Positions 1 through 13,060 are shown, counted from the whole stretch's first letter. The stretch is 63,714 nucleotides of DNA, filler included, from Octopus bimaculoides (GCF_001194135.2; 6 parts of 5 records of this genome joined end to end with filler, not necessarily neighbours in it); one strand, 5' to 3'. Notes: generated by a model from the letters alone, not told the origin. A program made the numbers and translations.

Positions 1-40
<40 letters not shown>

Positions 41-140
41 CATATTTGTATGGTTGTGTGGCTTTGTAAGGGTATATATATATGCACTTATACATATATG
101 TATTTGTATGTGCATTATGTATTACATATATTTATCTACA
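1..140. repeat. (TA)n/(TATG)n low-complexity tract
   Basis: Visible directly; explains ORF 24..212. Confidence 0.9.
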
Positions 141-154
141 CGCATACACGTACA

Positions 155-1244
155 TATGAGGAGGTACCCAAAAGTAACCGGAAACGTTCTCTGTGGGTCA
201 AGCCCGCTGTAGTTTAGGCTTTCGCCGTTAGAAGCCACTTGATGCAACCCTCAGGCATCAGTCTGCCAACAGACGTCGTCGGATGATGTATTTCCACGTA
301 CTGCGTCTTTGTTTTGCAGTGCCTCTACTCTGTTCGCTGATTTTTACGATGGCTGAAACAAAGGAACAGCGTGCTTCCGTAAAATTCTGCCGGAGAAAAT
401 GGAATAGGGGGAAGAAACAGTTGTCATGCATCAAACAGCTTACAAGGACGCTGCCATGAGCAAAACACAAGTTTATGAGCGGTTTTCACTCTTTAGGACT
501 GGTTACTCGTCGCTTGAAGACCAATCTCGTTCAGGATGGCCGTCGACCTCCCGAACGGATGAAAACATCATGGAGGACTGTCGCCGAACAATGGACAAAT
601 TTGTTGATATGACTGGTGTTTCCTGGAGCTGCTGCCAATGGATATTGAGCGAAGAATTGCGAATGAAAAGAGTTGCAGCAAAATTTGTATCTCGTTTAAT
701 CACGGAAGATCAAAAGCTGAATGCGTGTCGTTGAACTGAAAGAATAGTTGGAAATCGACCCGAACCTTTTTTTCGAAGGTCCACACTGGTGATGAAAGCT
801 TATGCTTACGGCTACGACCCGGAAACGAAGCAGCAACCAAGTCAATGCGAAGTATTCGATGTCACCACGCCCCCCCCCTCAAAAAGCGAGTCGAGTGAAG
901 TCCAACGTCAAGACAATGCTGATTTGTTTCTTCGATGCGAAGGAAATTATTTACAGACAGTTTGTTCTTCCTTTTGAAGCTGTTACTCAGACAATTTATT
1001 TGACAGTTCTGAAGCATCTATAAGACGCGGTGAGACGAAAACGTTTTGCAAATGTGGAAAACGTGAAAAAATAAACGAGAGAGGGGTTAAAAGACATGAC
1101 TTGCAAAGAATTCCAGGACTGTTTCCAGACTGGAACGCTTCCAGACTGGAACGCTTCTCTCGTTTATTTCTTCACGTTTTCCACATTTACAAAACGCTTT
1201 CCTTTGAGGACCTTTTTCATTTGGGAGAACAAAAAAAAAAAAAA
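155..1244 (+). mobile_element. Mariner DNA transposon remnant with internal deletion and terminal fold-back
   Basis: TA followed by TIR-like TGAGGAGGTACCCAAAAGTAACCGGAA. Frameshifted transposase pieces MAETKEQRASVKFC, SKTQVYERF, RSGWPSTS, GDES..YGYDPETKQQ, KSNVKTMLICFFD, KRFANVENVKK. The segment carrying the 2nd and 3rd catalytic Asp is deleted at an AAAACG microhomology (about 1038). Confidence 0.92.
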
Positions 1245-2322
1245 NNNNNNNNNNNNNNNNNNNNNNNNNNNNNNNNNNNNNNNNNNNNNNNNNNNNNNNN
1301 NNNNNNNNNNNNNNNNNNNNNNNNNNNNNNNNNNNNNNNNNNNNNNNNNNNNNNNNNNNNNNNNNNNNNNNNNNNNNNNNNNNNNNNNNNNNNNNNNNNN
1401 NNNNNNNNNNNNNNNNNNNNNNNNNNNNNNNNNNNNNNNNNNNNNNNNNNNNNNNNNNNNNNNNNNNNNNNNNNNNNNNNNNNNNNNNNNNNNNNNNNNN
1501 NNNNNNNNNNNNNNNNNNNNNNNNNNNNNNNNNNNNNNNNNNNNNNNNNNNNNNNNNNNNNNNNNNNNNNNNNNNNNNNNNNNNNNNNNNNNNNNNNNNN
1601 NNNNNNNNNNNNNNNNNNNNNNNNNNNNNNNNNNNNNNNNNNNNNNNNNNNNNNNNNNNNNNNNNNNNNNNNNNNNNNNNNNNNNNNNNNNNNNNNNNNN
1701 NNNNNNNNNNNNNNNNNNNNNNNNNNNNNNNNNNNNNNNNNNNNNNNNNNNNNNNNNNNNNNNNNNNNNNNNNNNNNNNNNNNNNNNNNNNNNNNNNNNN
1801 NNNNNNNNNNNNNNNNNNNNNNNNNNNNNNNNNNNNNNNNNNNNNNNNNNNNNNNNNNNNNNNNNNNNNNNNNNNNNNNNNNNNNNNNNNNNNNNNNNNN
1901 NNNNNNNNNNNNNNNNNNNNNNNNNNNNNNNNNNNNNNNNNNNNNNNNNNNNNNNNNNNNNNNNNNNNNNNNNNNNNNNNNNNNNNNNNNNNNNNNNNNN
2001 NNNNNNNNNNNNNNNNNNNNNNNNNNNNNNNNNNNNNNNNNNNNNNNNNNNNNNNNNNNNNNNNNNNNNNNNNNNNNNNNNNNNNNNNNNNNNNNNNNNN
2101 NNNNNNNNNNNNNNNNNNNNNNNNNNNNNNNNNNNNNNNNNNNNNNNGAAGATTGCTCTGCATTTTACATTTGATGTAATGTTCACATTGCTTAAATAAA
2201 TGGAGTCGCATAAAACGATCGTACTGCATTAACTTTGGATATCCTTGTTGCTTATTTTGATTATACATACATATATATATATATACGACTGAAACAAGTA
2301 TAAGAGTAAAAAGAGAGTAAGA

Positions 2323-2359
<37 letters not shown>

Positions 2360-2362
2360 TAT

Positions 2363-2681
2363 ACTCTTACTCCCTGTTTACTCTTTTACTTGTTTCAGTC
2401 ATTTCACTGCGGCCATGCTGGAGCACCGCCTTTAGTCGAACAAATCGACCCCAGCATCGGTTGTCAAGCGATGTTGGGGGGACAAACACAGACACACAAA
2501 CACACACACACACATATATATACGACGAGCTTTTTCAGTTTCCGTCTGCCAAATCCACTCACAAGGTTTTGGTCGGCCCGAGGCTATAGTAGAAGGCACT
2601 TGCACAAAGTGCCACGCAGTAGGACTGAACCCGGAACCATGTTGTTGGTAAGCAAGCTAACTTACCACAAAGCCACTCCTG
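2363..2681 (-). mobile_element. SINE family A (tRNA/CORE-type) with internal deletion
   Basis: Minus strand reads CAGGAGTGGCT..GGTAAG head, GGTTCAGTCC B-box, CORE-like CACTTTGTGCAAGTGCCTTCT, and tail GACTGAAACAAGTAAAAGAGT. Lacks about 80 bp relative to the 12400 copy, with the junction at a CCAG microhomology. Confidence 0.9.
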
Positions 2682-3437
2682 TAAATAATATATATATATA
2701 TATANNNNNNNNNNNNNNNNNNNNNNNNNNNNNNNNNNNNNNNNNNNNNNNNNNNNNNNNNNNNNNNNNNNNNNNNNNNNNNNNNNNNNNNNNNNNNNNN
2801 NNNNNNNNNNNNNNNNNNNNNNNNNNNNNNNNNNNNNNNNNNNNNNNNNNNNNNNNNNNNNNNNNNNNNNNNNNNNNNNNNNNNNNNNNNNNNNNNNNNN
2901 NNNNNNNNNNNNNNNNNNNNNNNNNNNNNNNNNNNNNNNNNNNNNNNNNNNNNNNNNNNNNNNNNNNNNNNNNNNNNNNNNNNNNNNNNNNNNNNNNNNN
3001 NNNNNNNNNNNNNNNNNNNNNNNNNNNNNNNNNNNNNNNNNNNNNNNNNNNNNNNNNNNNNNNNNNNNNNNNNNNNNNNNNNNNNNNNNNNNNNNNNNNN
3101 NNNNNNNNNNNNNNNNNNNNNNNNNNNNNNNNNNNNNNNNNNNNNNNNNNNNNNNNNNNNNNNNNNNNNNNNNNNNNNNNNNNNNNNNNNNNNNNNNNNN
3201 NNNNNNNNNNNNNNNNNNNNNNNNNNNNNNNNNNNNNNNNNNNNNNNNNNNNNNNNNNNNNNNNNNNNNNNNNNNNNNNNNNNNNNNNNNNNNNNNNNNN
3301 NNNNNNNNNNNNNNNNNNNNNNNNNNNNNNNNNNNNNNNNNNNNNNNNNNNNNNNNNNNNNNNNNNNNNNNNNNNNNNNNNNNNNNNNNNNNNNNNNNNN
3401 NNNNNNNNNNNNNNNNNNNNNNNNNNNNNNNNNNNNN

Positions 3438-3560
3438 TGGGACACCGCCCTGAAGAGTTTAGGAGAACAAATTGAATTATCTTTTTAAATCTGGTATTTA
3501 TTCTACCCGGTCTCTTTTGATGAGTTGCTAAGTTACAACGCGTAAAGAAAGCAACACCTG
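3438..3560 (-). mobile_element. SINE A-related 3' fragment
   Basis: Diverged match to the A tail (tatttattctacc.gtctcttttg..ga...gctaagttac). Confidence 0.6.
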
Positions 3561-3853
3561 TGATATATCGTTTTCCAATAGTTGCCGTGTAAGACATCCA
3601 AAAAACAGATGAAGCTTTAATCATACGATTTTTGGAATTCATTGTCTAGTTTATTGCCACTCTAAAGAATTCTGCTTTATTTGATATTTGCATTTATCAC
3701 GGCATTGTCAACCTGCATATTTGACTGTGGTGATGGCTGATATAGTGCTTTCGTCTGTTTCAAATTTATTTGGAGCCTGAGGTCACACGCAAACTCTACA
3801 AATGCGGCGGTAATTTCTTACATAGCCGTATATGTGAGAGTGGTACCAGGACA

Positions 3854-3914
<61 letters not shown>

Positions 3915-4411
3915 CTTTTGACTTTTTTATTGGTTTCATTGTCCACAGGTATAATAACTCCCTTTTCCGCTTTTTCTGGCGCTCTACTATAATGGCTACT
4001 GTTCCTTTCTGTTGGCTGGACTTATATCTCCTCCAAACCAAACGTCCCTGATTAAGTCATTGCTCAACTCACGTCATTTTTATTGCGTCCGTCCCACTTT
4101 GGAATCCGTGGTAATCCCTACGCGTAGTCTTTACTCCCTAGAACATCGGTCCTAGCTCATGTCCTTTTTACAAGAGCCATGAGCTCTGGCCACGATCTCT
4201 AGCCATGGCTTTTGAAGAGCTTCGGTGACCCAGTGAAGTAGCAGGGGTAACAACCCTCCTCTACGCATTACACATTTTAGAATAAAGTGTGGACCAGTGA
4301 TCCTGTGGTCGGGTGATTAGCTCAGAGACAGAAAGAGAGACGAAGGGAGAGAAAGCGGAAGGGTGACACGGAGAGAAGAGAGAGGGGGGGGATAGAGTGA
4401 GTGAAATAAGA

Positions 4412-4461
<50 letters not shown>

Positions 4462-4598
4462 GAGGAGGAAGAGAAACTTAAAAAGATGTTCAGGAATCGT
4501 AATTATCTAAAAGGCAAACTTCGTATTTCTAAAAGTTCATGATTCCCTCAGTGTGAGTGTCTATCTGCCTATCTGCCTATCTGCCTATGTATGTATGC

Positions 4599-4631
<33 letters not shown>

Positions 4632-5255
4632 TGTATGTATGTATATATGCATATATGTATGTATGCATGTATGTGTGTAAGTATGTATGCATGTCTGTAT
4701 GCATGTATGTATGTATGTATGTATGTATGTATGTATGTATGTATGTATGTATGTATCTATCAGTATAGATTTTATTTGTATTTATTATGCCTACACATAT
4801 ATATACCTATATATGTATATATAGGTACGTATATGTGAAGGCATATTAAATATATATATATATATATATATATATACGGATGCATATGTGTGTGCGTGAG
4901 CGTACGTATGTGTCAGGGAATGTATTTTTTCTATTTATAATGAATCGTTACTATGTGTCAAAAGTAATTTTTAAAGAAATATTTTGTTCATAAAATATCT
5001 TTGGATTCTATATATAAATATTGATTTATCTTAAAATACATTTGCTTTACGTCAATTGAAATTTCTACATGTATCTATGTCTGTCTGTCTGTCTATCTCT
5101 CTGTGTACATGTCTGTCTGTCTGTCTCTTTCTATCTATCTAGCTTTCCTGTTTATATATATATATATGGATCTAGGTATGAATGTATGTATGTATGTATG
5201 TATGTATGTATGTATGTGTGTATATATGTGAGTGTGTTTTGTGTGTATGTGTGTA

Positions 5256-5287
<32 letters not shown>

Positions 5288-5672
5288 TGCCTGTGGGGAG
5301 GCGCTCTGTAGGTGTTCGTGTGTGCAATTTCTTTAATAGTTTCGAAAATATATTCCCTTAAAATGTCAACATCGTTTCTAAAGAATATTTATATTTTTAT
5401 TCTTATACAAAAGAATCTTGACAGAAATATGTAAATAGATAATTCAAATCTATTCACTAATTTAACCAATTTCAATTCATTGGTGATAACCAAAAATATT
5501 AATAATACATTATTCAAACAGACTTTTATTTAATTTTTCTAACCTTAAACTCTTTATTTCCCTGCATTTTATATTCGTCCATAAATTATTCTTCATTTTC
5601 CTCTTTCTTAACATTTTTGTCCTGGAGAAAAAAATAATTCTTTTTTACGTAAATGTACATATACATTTATGT

Positions 5673-5766
<94 letters not shown>

Positions 5767-6186
5767 GCGAGCACGTACACGCATATAAAAATATGTTCTT
5801 GTATGTGTGTGTGTGTGTGTGTATGTGCGTATGTGTAAGTTAATGCATGTATGCATTTGCATTTATGTATGTATTGATTTATATATAAATGTATGTATGT
5901 ATGTATCCGTGTACGCATGCCTAATTCTTGTGTATTCATATGTGCATGTATGTATGTATGGGTATATATGTATATATACAAATGCATATATGCTCTTATA
6001 TAGACATATATACATACTTGCTTATATACATAAATACACATGCACTCATGCATTTATTCACATAGACACACAGAGCTGCACACACACATACATACGCACA
6101 CACACATGCACACATGCACACATACACACACACATGTGATTGCGCGCGCGCATTTTTTGTGTGTATACTTGGAGGCATGTATATAA

Positions 6187-6225
<39 letters not shown>

Positions 6226-6384
6226 NNNNNNNNNNNNNNNNNNNNNNNNNNNNNNNNNNNNNNNNNNNNNNNNNNNNNNAGAGAGAGAGAGAGGGAGAGA
6301 GAGAGAGAGAGGGAGAGAGAGATACATATATATTTCGATAGATTGAGAGACAGATATATATAAATATATATCGATAGATCGAAA

Positions 6385-6423
<39 letters not shown>

Positions 6424-6470
6424 TCACAAATATTTTTTCCCACATACATGCACACACGCACACTCTAATG
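3854..6470. repeat. Cluster of compound microsatellites: (TCTA)n, (GA)n, (TATG)n, (TA)n, (CA/TG)n
   Basis: Tracts at about 3854-3913, 4415-4470, 4555-4875, 5070-5290 and 5660-6470. Confidence 0.9.
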
Positions 6471-7338
6471 CACACATATATGTCAGTGTGTGTTACTGCG
6501 TTTTAAGAACTGCAATAACTCTATAGTGTCTTTCTCATTTTTCTAGCCACAGTTTTTGTTATTCAATTCATTTATGTATTTATATATTTATTAATCAATT
6601 ATTCAGCATTTTATTTTATTTTGATTAAAATCCACCATCTCCCTACTCTATCTCTTTACCATACATAAACGTATTTACGCTACAACCACACCTGCTTGTC
6701 CCTGCGTCTGCATGTATCTTCTCAGACAGCTTTAGCAGACGACAACTGCCGAGAATCTAGACAAGCAGACCAATCAAAGATCACTGTTGAATATTTTTAT
6801 ATTTCGTTTATTTTTTCCTTATTATTATTGTTTCCATATATAAAGTTTCCCTCTCTCACCGCACCATACACCACGCCGTTTAACACAAGCGTCCAATTAA
6901 ATTCTCTAAAGCTTTCTTCTCACAGAACAGAACATACCAAGTGCCTCTACAGATTAACGTTCAAAAATGTACCCGGATGTACTCCTTGGTTTGTTTTTGT
7001 CTACCACAAAATAACTACATTTAGACATTGAGGTAACAGAATCTAGCTCTTCAATGGAACATTTCGAATCAATTTTACTTGAAAAATAATCAAATTCTAT
7101 ATCATTATTCACCACCGACTATTTTTGTTTTGTGTAGTGGTTGAGTCCCTTCATTTTCAATCTTTTATAGTTACATGAACGAACAATTAATTTACCAAAA
7201 TACACAAGGAGATATATACGAAGTAAACACATAAAAACATACAAACGCATGCATACTGTAATACGTACAAATATAGAAAGACAAACATACGCTTAAAGTT
7301 GTATAAATACACGCACACACACACTTGAACTTATACAG

Positions 7339-7410
<72 letters not shown>

Positions 7411-7510
7411 NNNNNNNNNNNNNNNNNNNNNNNNNNNNNNNNNNNNNNNNNNNNTTAATTAATTAANNNNNNNNNNNNNNNNNNNNNNNNNNNNNNNNNN
7501 NNNNNNNNNN

Positions 7511-7565
<55 letters not shown>

Positions 7566-7839
7566 TGTGTGTAATTATCTCTATGTATGAGGATTGATAT
7601 TTATGTAGAAATGGGAGCATAGAGTGCTGCTCTCTAGAGAGCAACTCAATTTTCCAATTGGCCTTTAAAAAACTCCAGTAACTCATACCACCATTTGTGT
7701 GGTCTTTGATTTTTGCTCTCTTCCTCTTGTGACGACCAGATGCTTTATGTCATCTGGCCGAGAGTATTTATTTATTTATGTATATTTATGCAAATCCATT
7801 CAGTTCAGTTCGTTTGGTAACACATGATGCAAAAAATTT

Positions 7840-8230
7840 ACACGGCTAAGCATAAATTTCGGCATTCACTCGCACAGAATATTCACCAAAAAGACTTAAT
7901 TTTTGCTAATCTTTACACGCATCCATTGTAATGCGGTAATCTTATGCAAAAATGATAGTTAAATAAATGGAACTTACCGGGAGAGAATGTTAAAACGAAA
8001 ATGTTAAAGCAAATTTCTAGATTCACACTTACGGAATATCAACGTGTTTACCAATCGGTCTAATTTTTGCTAATTTTCACGTGTACCCATGTAATGAAGC
8101 AATCTACAGGCAAGTAATGGTTAAGTAAACGTAGTTCATGTTGCTACAATGTTAGAAGGAAAATGTTTAAACATAAACTTCTGTATTCGATTTGTGATAA
8201 TATTTGCATCTATCCATGTAATGAATTTAT
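7840..8230. repeat. Diverged tandem repeat, period about 163 bp, about 2.5 units
   Basis: TAATTTTTGCTAAT at 7897 and 8061; GAAAATGTT at 7997 and 8159; CCAT(T)GTAATG recurs three times. Confidence 0.6.
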
Positions 8231-8356
8231 GTATATAAATACGCGACTGGCGGGATTTGTAAAGGCAAACGGTTAAAATAAGAACAAAATAAAATGTTTT
8301 CTATGTAAACTCTTCAACACATAGACGTACATATCGATGTATTTAAACACGCAGGC

Positions 8357-8443
<87 letters not shown>

Positions 8444-8475
8444 AGAAAGAGAGAGAGAGAGAGAGAGATAAATAA

Positions 8476-8530
<55 letters not shown>

Positions 8531-8790
8531 TGAAAGACTAATATAAACAGCTAAGCGCAATGCGATACCGTAAAGAAAAAATTCAATTGTCACATCCCTG
8601 ACTAAGGGTGCCAAGGCACCTACGTTGCTAGAAATAAGAGTTAAAACACTCTTAACGTTTATGTATACACTCTAACACATATTCATGCTGATACTACACA
8701 TTCCTGCACTGAAATGCATATCCGCACACTTAGACACATATACCTATACAAACGCCACCAGACAGACAGACACACACATACACACATACA

Positions 8791-8833
<43 letters not shown>

Positions 8834-8929
8834 ATAATACACACTAAATTATACACAGACAGCCATACACTGACGTACACTCGCATACACATGTGATGAC
8901 ATTCTTACTGGCTTAAATGTGTCCATAAA

Positions 8930-9470
8930 ATCCAACCACGACCATCATCTCTGATTGCCGAACCTATGATGACTGGACCTCCCCAAACCCTCATGTACAA
9001 CTCCAGTGACAGCCAGAACATGATAATGTCTGAATCGAGAGATCAGCTAGTACTCTGAGTGCCTATCTCTTTTTCTCAGTTCTCCGAGAAATGCTGAATG
9101 TGTTTCTCCCACATATCTTCAAACCCACTCCAAGAATGAGAACTCCAAAGTAAGTAGCAGATAACGATGTCTTTTCTCATTTGAAAGGTTGATGTTACTC
9201 TTCTTCAAGGAGGTTTTTAGATGCTCTTTGGCTCTTTCCTTATATGGCCCAAATAAACGATGGTCATAGTGTCCATAGAGGACCTTACGGGGAAGATTCA
9301 AGCCAGATATACTCACTGTATGTCATGGTTATCTCACTTGATGCCTGCATGGTGTGGATTTAATACAGCCAGTGCTGGTTGGGCCAGGGATTTTCTGTGT
9401 AATCCTCTCACAACAAGAGGCTCAAGGATCTTCTGGAGCCACTGGATGCTAAAAGCTCCAGGGTCTTAAG
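8930..9470 (-). mobile_element. RTE-clade LINE 3' fragment
   Basis: Translates to RHQVR*P*HTV..LPRKVLYGH..RAKEHLKTSLKK and a degenerate terminal CSGC..C motif, matching the RTE ORF C-terminus (QLRWAGHV.RM..RLPxKxLYG). Confidence 0.75.
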
Positions 9471-10089
9471 ATATCCGCTCTACATGGCCTATATTTCATA
9501 CTCACTCAGGAGAGCGGAAACACGGATTACCCTGTTGGTTGGCAGAGGCGTATAGAGACGGTGATGGGTATTTAGAAAAGACACACACTTTTAACATCCA
9601 AAGACTACTACAACGGCCAGTTTGGAGTCGTTTATAATCTTTCCGTCTCCAGTGCAGTTACTGGAAATTGTGCTGCCTTTTTGATGTCTAAATTGGATGG
9701 GAGTCGTTAGTTATCGTACTGAGAAAGTAGAAAGGAATATTTCATGGTTGGTTGACATCAATTTTCTGGACATTACCTTGTCAGACCTATTCATTTATGA
9801 GCTGTAACAGCTGCCGAGATGGGAAATTGTAGCGCTTTCGATGTATGATCTACCAGACATGTGGGATACCTGATGGCCTACCTGAAAAGATCTACATGTC
9901 TTCTAAAGCTATCTTGCAACGAAGATCCACTGAACCTTGACCCTTCCATAAGTCATTCTGCGGATTTGATGTGATGTTTTCATGTATTGGTTCGACAATA
10001 TAAACATAACTTTGGCCTGGATCTTCCTACATAGATACTGTACTTCTGTACTAATAAATATATTTGCGTTTTTTTGTTCTTTCAGCTGC

Positions 10090-10570
10090 TGACTACATTG
10101 AGGTCCGCTCTCGAATTGATCTGCCAAGCATTTACACACTGTGGAGGAGAGTGCAGATCAGATGGGTAAGCCACCTTGCTCTAATGCCGGACACACGATT
10201 ACCCAAAAGACTGCTTTTCGGTGAATAGGCAGAAAGCAAGTGCACACAAGGTAGGCAGAAAAACGCTCTGAAAATGCACTCAAAGCCTCGCTGAAGTGCT
10301 TTCAGATCAACCCCGACACATGGGAAATGCAAGTACAGGACCATCCTATGAACAGAATAGGATCGCAAGAACACAAAGAAAACGTGAGCTGCGCAAGTCC
10401 AGAGCCAATGCCTTGCTTTCTTTCTCAGCAGACTACCAATACCCAACCTGTGGCTGAACCTTCCGAGCACGCGTCGGCCTGATCGGCCACAGCCAGACGC
10501 ACCGTGACCCATCTTCTTCTCTCATGTCATGTTCTGGCAATCGTCGACAACGACGGACGGACATTATTAT
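10090..10570 (+). mobile_element. RTE-clade LINE 3' end
   Basis: EVRSRIDLPSIYTLWRRVQIRWVSHLALMPDTRLPKRLLFGE..GRQKKR..ALKASLKCFQINPDTWE, then FRARVGLIGHSQTH (CCHH-type motif). Short 3' UTR ending GACGGACGGAC-ATTATTATT. Confidence 0.9.
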
Positions 10571-10739
10571 TGTGTTGAGGTACATTCTCTTGGTTCCATA
10601 TTTCAGTGATGTGATGATGAAGCGCTCTTGTACAGAGTAAACTACTCTCCTTAATGATATCTACTGGAATATAATGCCTCGGGAATTGAGCTGAGTTTTT
10701 GTTTTTGTTTTTTAGATTTTGATGGTAGCACTAACTTCA

Positions 10740-11030
10740 GCCAATGTTGCTGCGGCTGCTGTTTCATGCTCTTGCTTGATGGGGCTTCGGTCATCCCAGG
10801 TTAGTGGTCCCAGAGATGTTATCATGCGTAGAGCTGACCAGGTCCTCCACTGTTCTCCATCGCTGGCGGTTCCCTGTCAGCCCCTCTGCATCCTCCGAGG
10901 TGACGTCGAGCCTCTGGAGATCTTCCCCAATCAAGTCCAGCCTCTTCCCGCCCGCAGCTGCTGCGTCGAATGAGAGTAAAGCCCTGTTAGGATGATCTAG
11001 CAGGAGACGGGGGACATATCTGTAAAAGTG
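10740..11030 (-). mobile_element. RTE-clade LINE 3' fragment (different subfamily)
   Basis: RLLLDHPNRALLSFD..G..RLDLIGEDLQRLDVTSEDAEGLTGNRQRWRTVEDLVSSTH. Confidence 0.75.
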
Positions 11031-11209
11031 CATGCGACGGATAGCAATGAGGTGGGAGGCTGCGAGCTGATGTGTGCTGGTGCGTTAAAATGGTGGATGA
11101 AAAGTAATTCACAAGTTTTCCCCCGTGATTGTCAAATCTACTAGTTTAGACTGGTTTAGGAGCTAATTGAACACTTTCCTCAACACTCCAGAATTGAAAT
11201 CCCTGTGGA

Positions 11210-11830
11210 AAGATGAGGCAGCATGACATGACCATCATTGTTTAGTACTCCTAAAACCATCCTAGTTGCTGGAAACTTAGTGTGTATCACTCTGGGGGTA
11301 TCAAAAGGGTCTAAATGTAGCTATCTGTCATTTTTCCTGTATGACTTTTGGTCTTGGTCGAAGTTTTTCTCATCCGAAAAGAACCAAAGCATGACATGTT
11401 CACGAGGATATTTCATCTTATTAAGTAACCGCTTGAAACGGATAGAACGTGTTTTTTCTTTGTGTCTTTGCAGACATGAATTGGCCTCTCTGAAACACAC
11501 ATGACTTGTATCGAATGTCCTAATGCACCACAGATCTAATAGTTCCACCCTGACACCTGAACTACTTTAGCGATGGCCCTCAATGATTTTCCGGGATCAT
11601 CATCGATAATATTTCGGACCCGTTCGATGAACAGCGATGCCCTTTATAGTATTGCAACGTTTAGAATTGTTTGTTTTCCTCTTCAATACAGTTGAAACAT
11701 TCTCGCCAGAGGCTGCCAATTTCAACCGAATTTTGTGTACAAAAAGTCTTGCAACATTTGGAAAGTAGGCAATTTCTAAATCACTGTGTTCCACACATAT
11801 GGCATCAATGAATGCCTGCCTTTTTCATTA
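11210..11830 (-). mobile_element. DD37D (maT/Bmmar1-like) Tc1-mariner transposase fragment
   Basis: HSDLEIAYFPNVARLFVHKIR, RFKRLLNKMK..MLWFFSDEKNFDQDQK..RKNDR, HTKFPATRMVLGVL..GHVM. C-terminal half is missing. Confidence 0.85.
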
Positions 11831-12399
11831 CTCTCTCTCTCTCTCTTTCTCTCTCTTATATCGAGTTTCCTCGATCTGCACAGACGTTCTTCTTGTAGCA
11901 AGACTTATTTCATAATTGCGTGTTTTAGCTTTAAATAATTTAAAAAGGGCTCCACGTGTAAGTCTCTAATGATTGGTCATGCGATCAGTCATGTGACGCT
12001 GAAATACTTTGTCGAGTCAGGCATTTGGATCGATCTAGTTTTTCGCGGACACTTAGCTCGTATCCAATTGCGTGGCGCAATAGACAACCAAAAGCAGCAA
12101 ATTAAAAGTGCTAGCCTGAGCCCCCTTTTGTTAATAAATAGCATGAGCTTTTCATATTAATTGAGAGAGGAGAGTTGTTTTCAGGAAACTATGTCACATT
12201 ATTTCTGTTCCTGTTGAAGCACATGTCACCAAGTTCGACTGAGTTGAAAAAACCAACTATGTATGATTTTTCTACAGAAATCATTCTTCATGATGTTTTA
12301 ATCGGGTTCACTATTTAATTTTATTTAGCTGAAGAATAAAGAGTCGCTGTTAACTGAAAGCTCGTTCCTGATATTATTTCTACCGTTTTATATACAACT

Positions 12400-12566
12400 C
12401 AGGAGTGGCTGTGTGGTAAGTAGCTTGCATACCAACCACATGGTTCCGAGTTCATTCCCACTGCGTGGCACCTTGGGCAAGTGTCTTCTACTATAGCCTC
12501 GGGCCGACCAAAGCCTTGTGAGTGGATTTGGTAGACGGAAACTGAAAGAAGCCTGTCGTATATATG

Positions 12567-12613
<47 letters not shown>

Positions 12614-12822
12614 TTGTGTGTGTGTGTTTGTCCCCCCACAATATCGCTTGACAACCGATGCAGGTGTGTTTACATCCCCGTAACTTAGCGGTTCAGCAAA
12701 AGAGACCGATAGAATAAGTACTAGGCTTCCAAAGAATAAGTCCTGGAGTCGATTTGTTCGACTAAAGGCGGTGCTCCATCATGGCCGCAGTCAAATGTCT
12801 GAAACAAGTAAAAGAGTAAATG
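12400..12822 (+). mobile_element. SINE family A, near full length
   Basis: A-box TGGCTGTGTGG, B-box-like GAGTTCATTCC, CORE-like CACCTTGGGCAAGTGTCTTCT, internal (TA)(TG)n tract, tail AAACAAGTAAAAGAGT. CpGs largely retained. Confidence 0.93.
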
Positions 12823-12859
12823 AGAAAAACTCATGAGAAGCAAGATTTTCTATGAAGGG

Positions 12860-13060
12860 GGTTCGAGACACCGCCTTCCAGATGAACGCCAATAGTCCTT
12901 GTCCTCCTTTTCCGACTTCAACTCAGGATCTGATAGGCCTCAGTCGATCACTAGTCTATCAACATATGTTGTTGGCGGTCGACTTCTGCTCCTGTAGTCA
13001 TGCGTTGGTTTCCCAGACTAACGCATCCCTGACGCATTCTTTCCTGCCCAATAGCAGCGC
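12860..13060 (-). mobile_element. RTE-clade LINE 3' fragment
   Basis: ECVRDALVWET..RSRSRPPTTYVDRLVID*GLSDPELKSEKEDKDYWRS resembles the RTE C-terminal GRP.TY.D.L..D motif. Confidence 0.65.

Noticed and set aside
7689-7753. Minus-strand 65-nt exon candidate, also a 10-bp hairpin
   Set aside because: Good donor but no pyrimidine tract; outside the putative gene body; no Helitron CTAG end after the hairpin.
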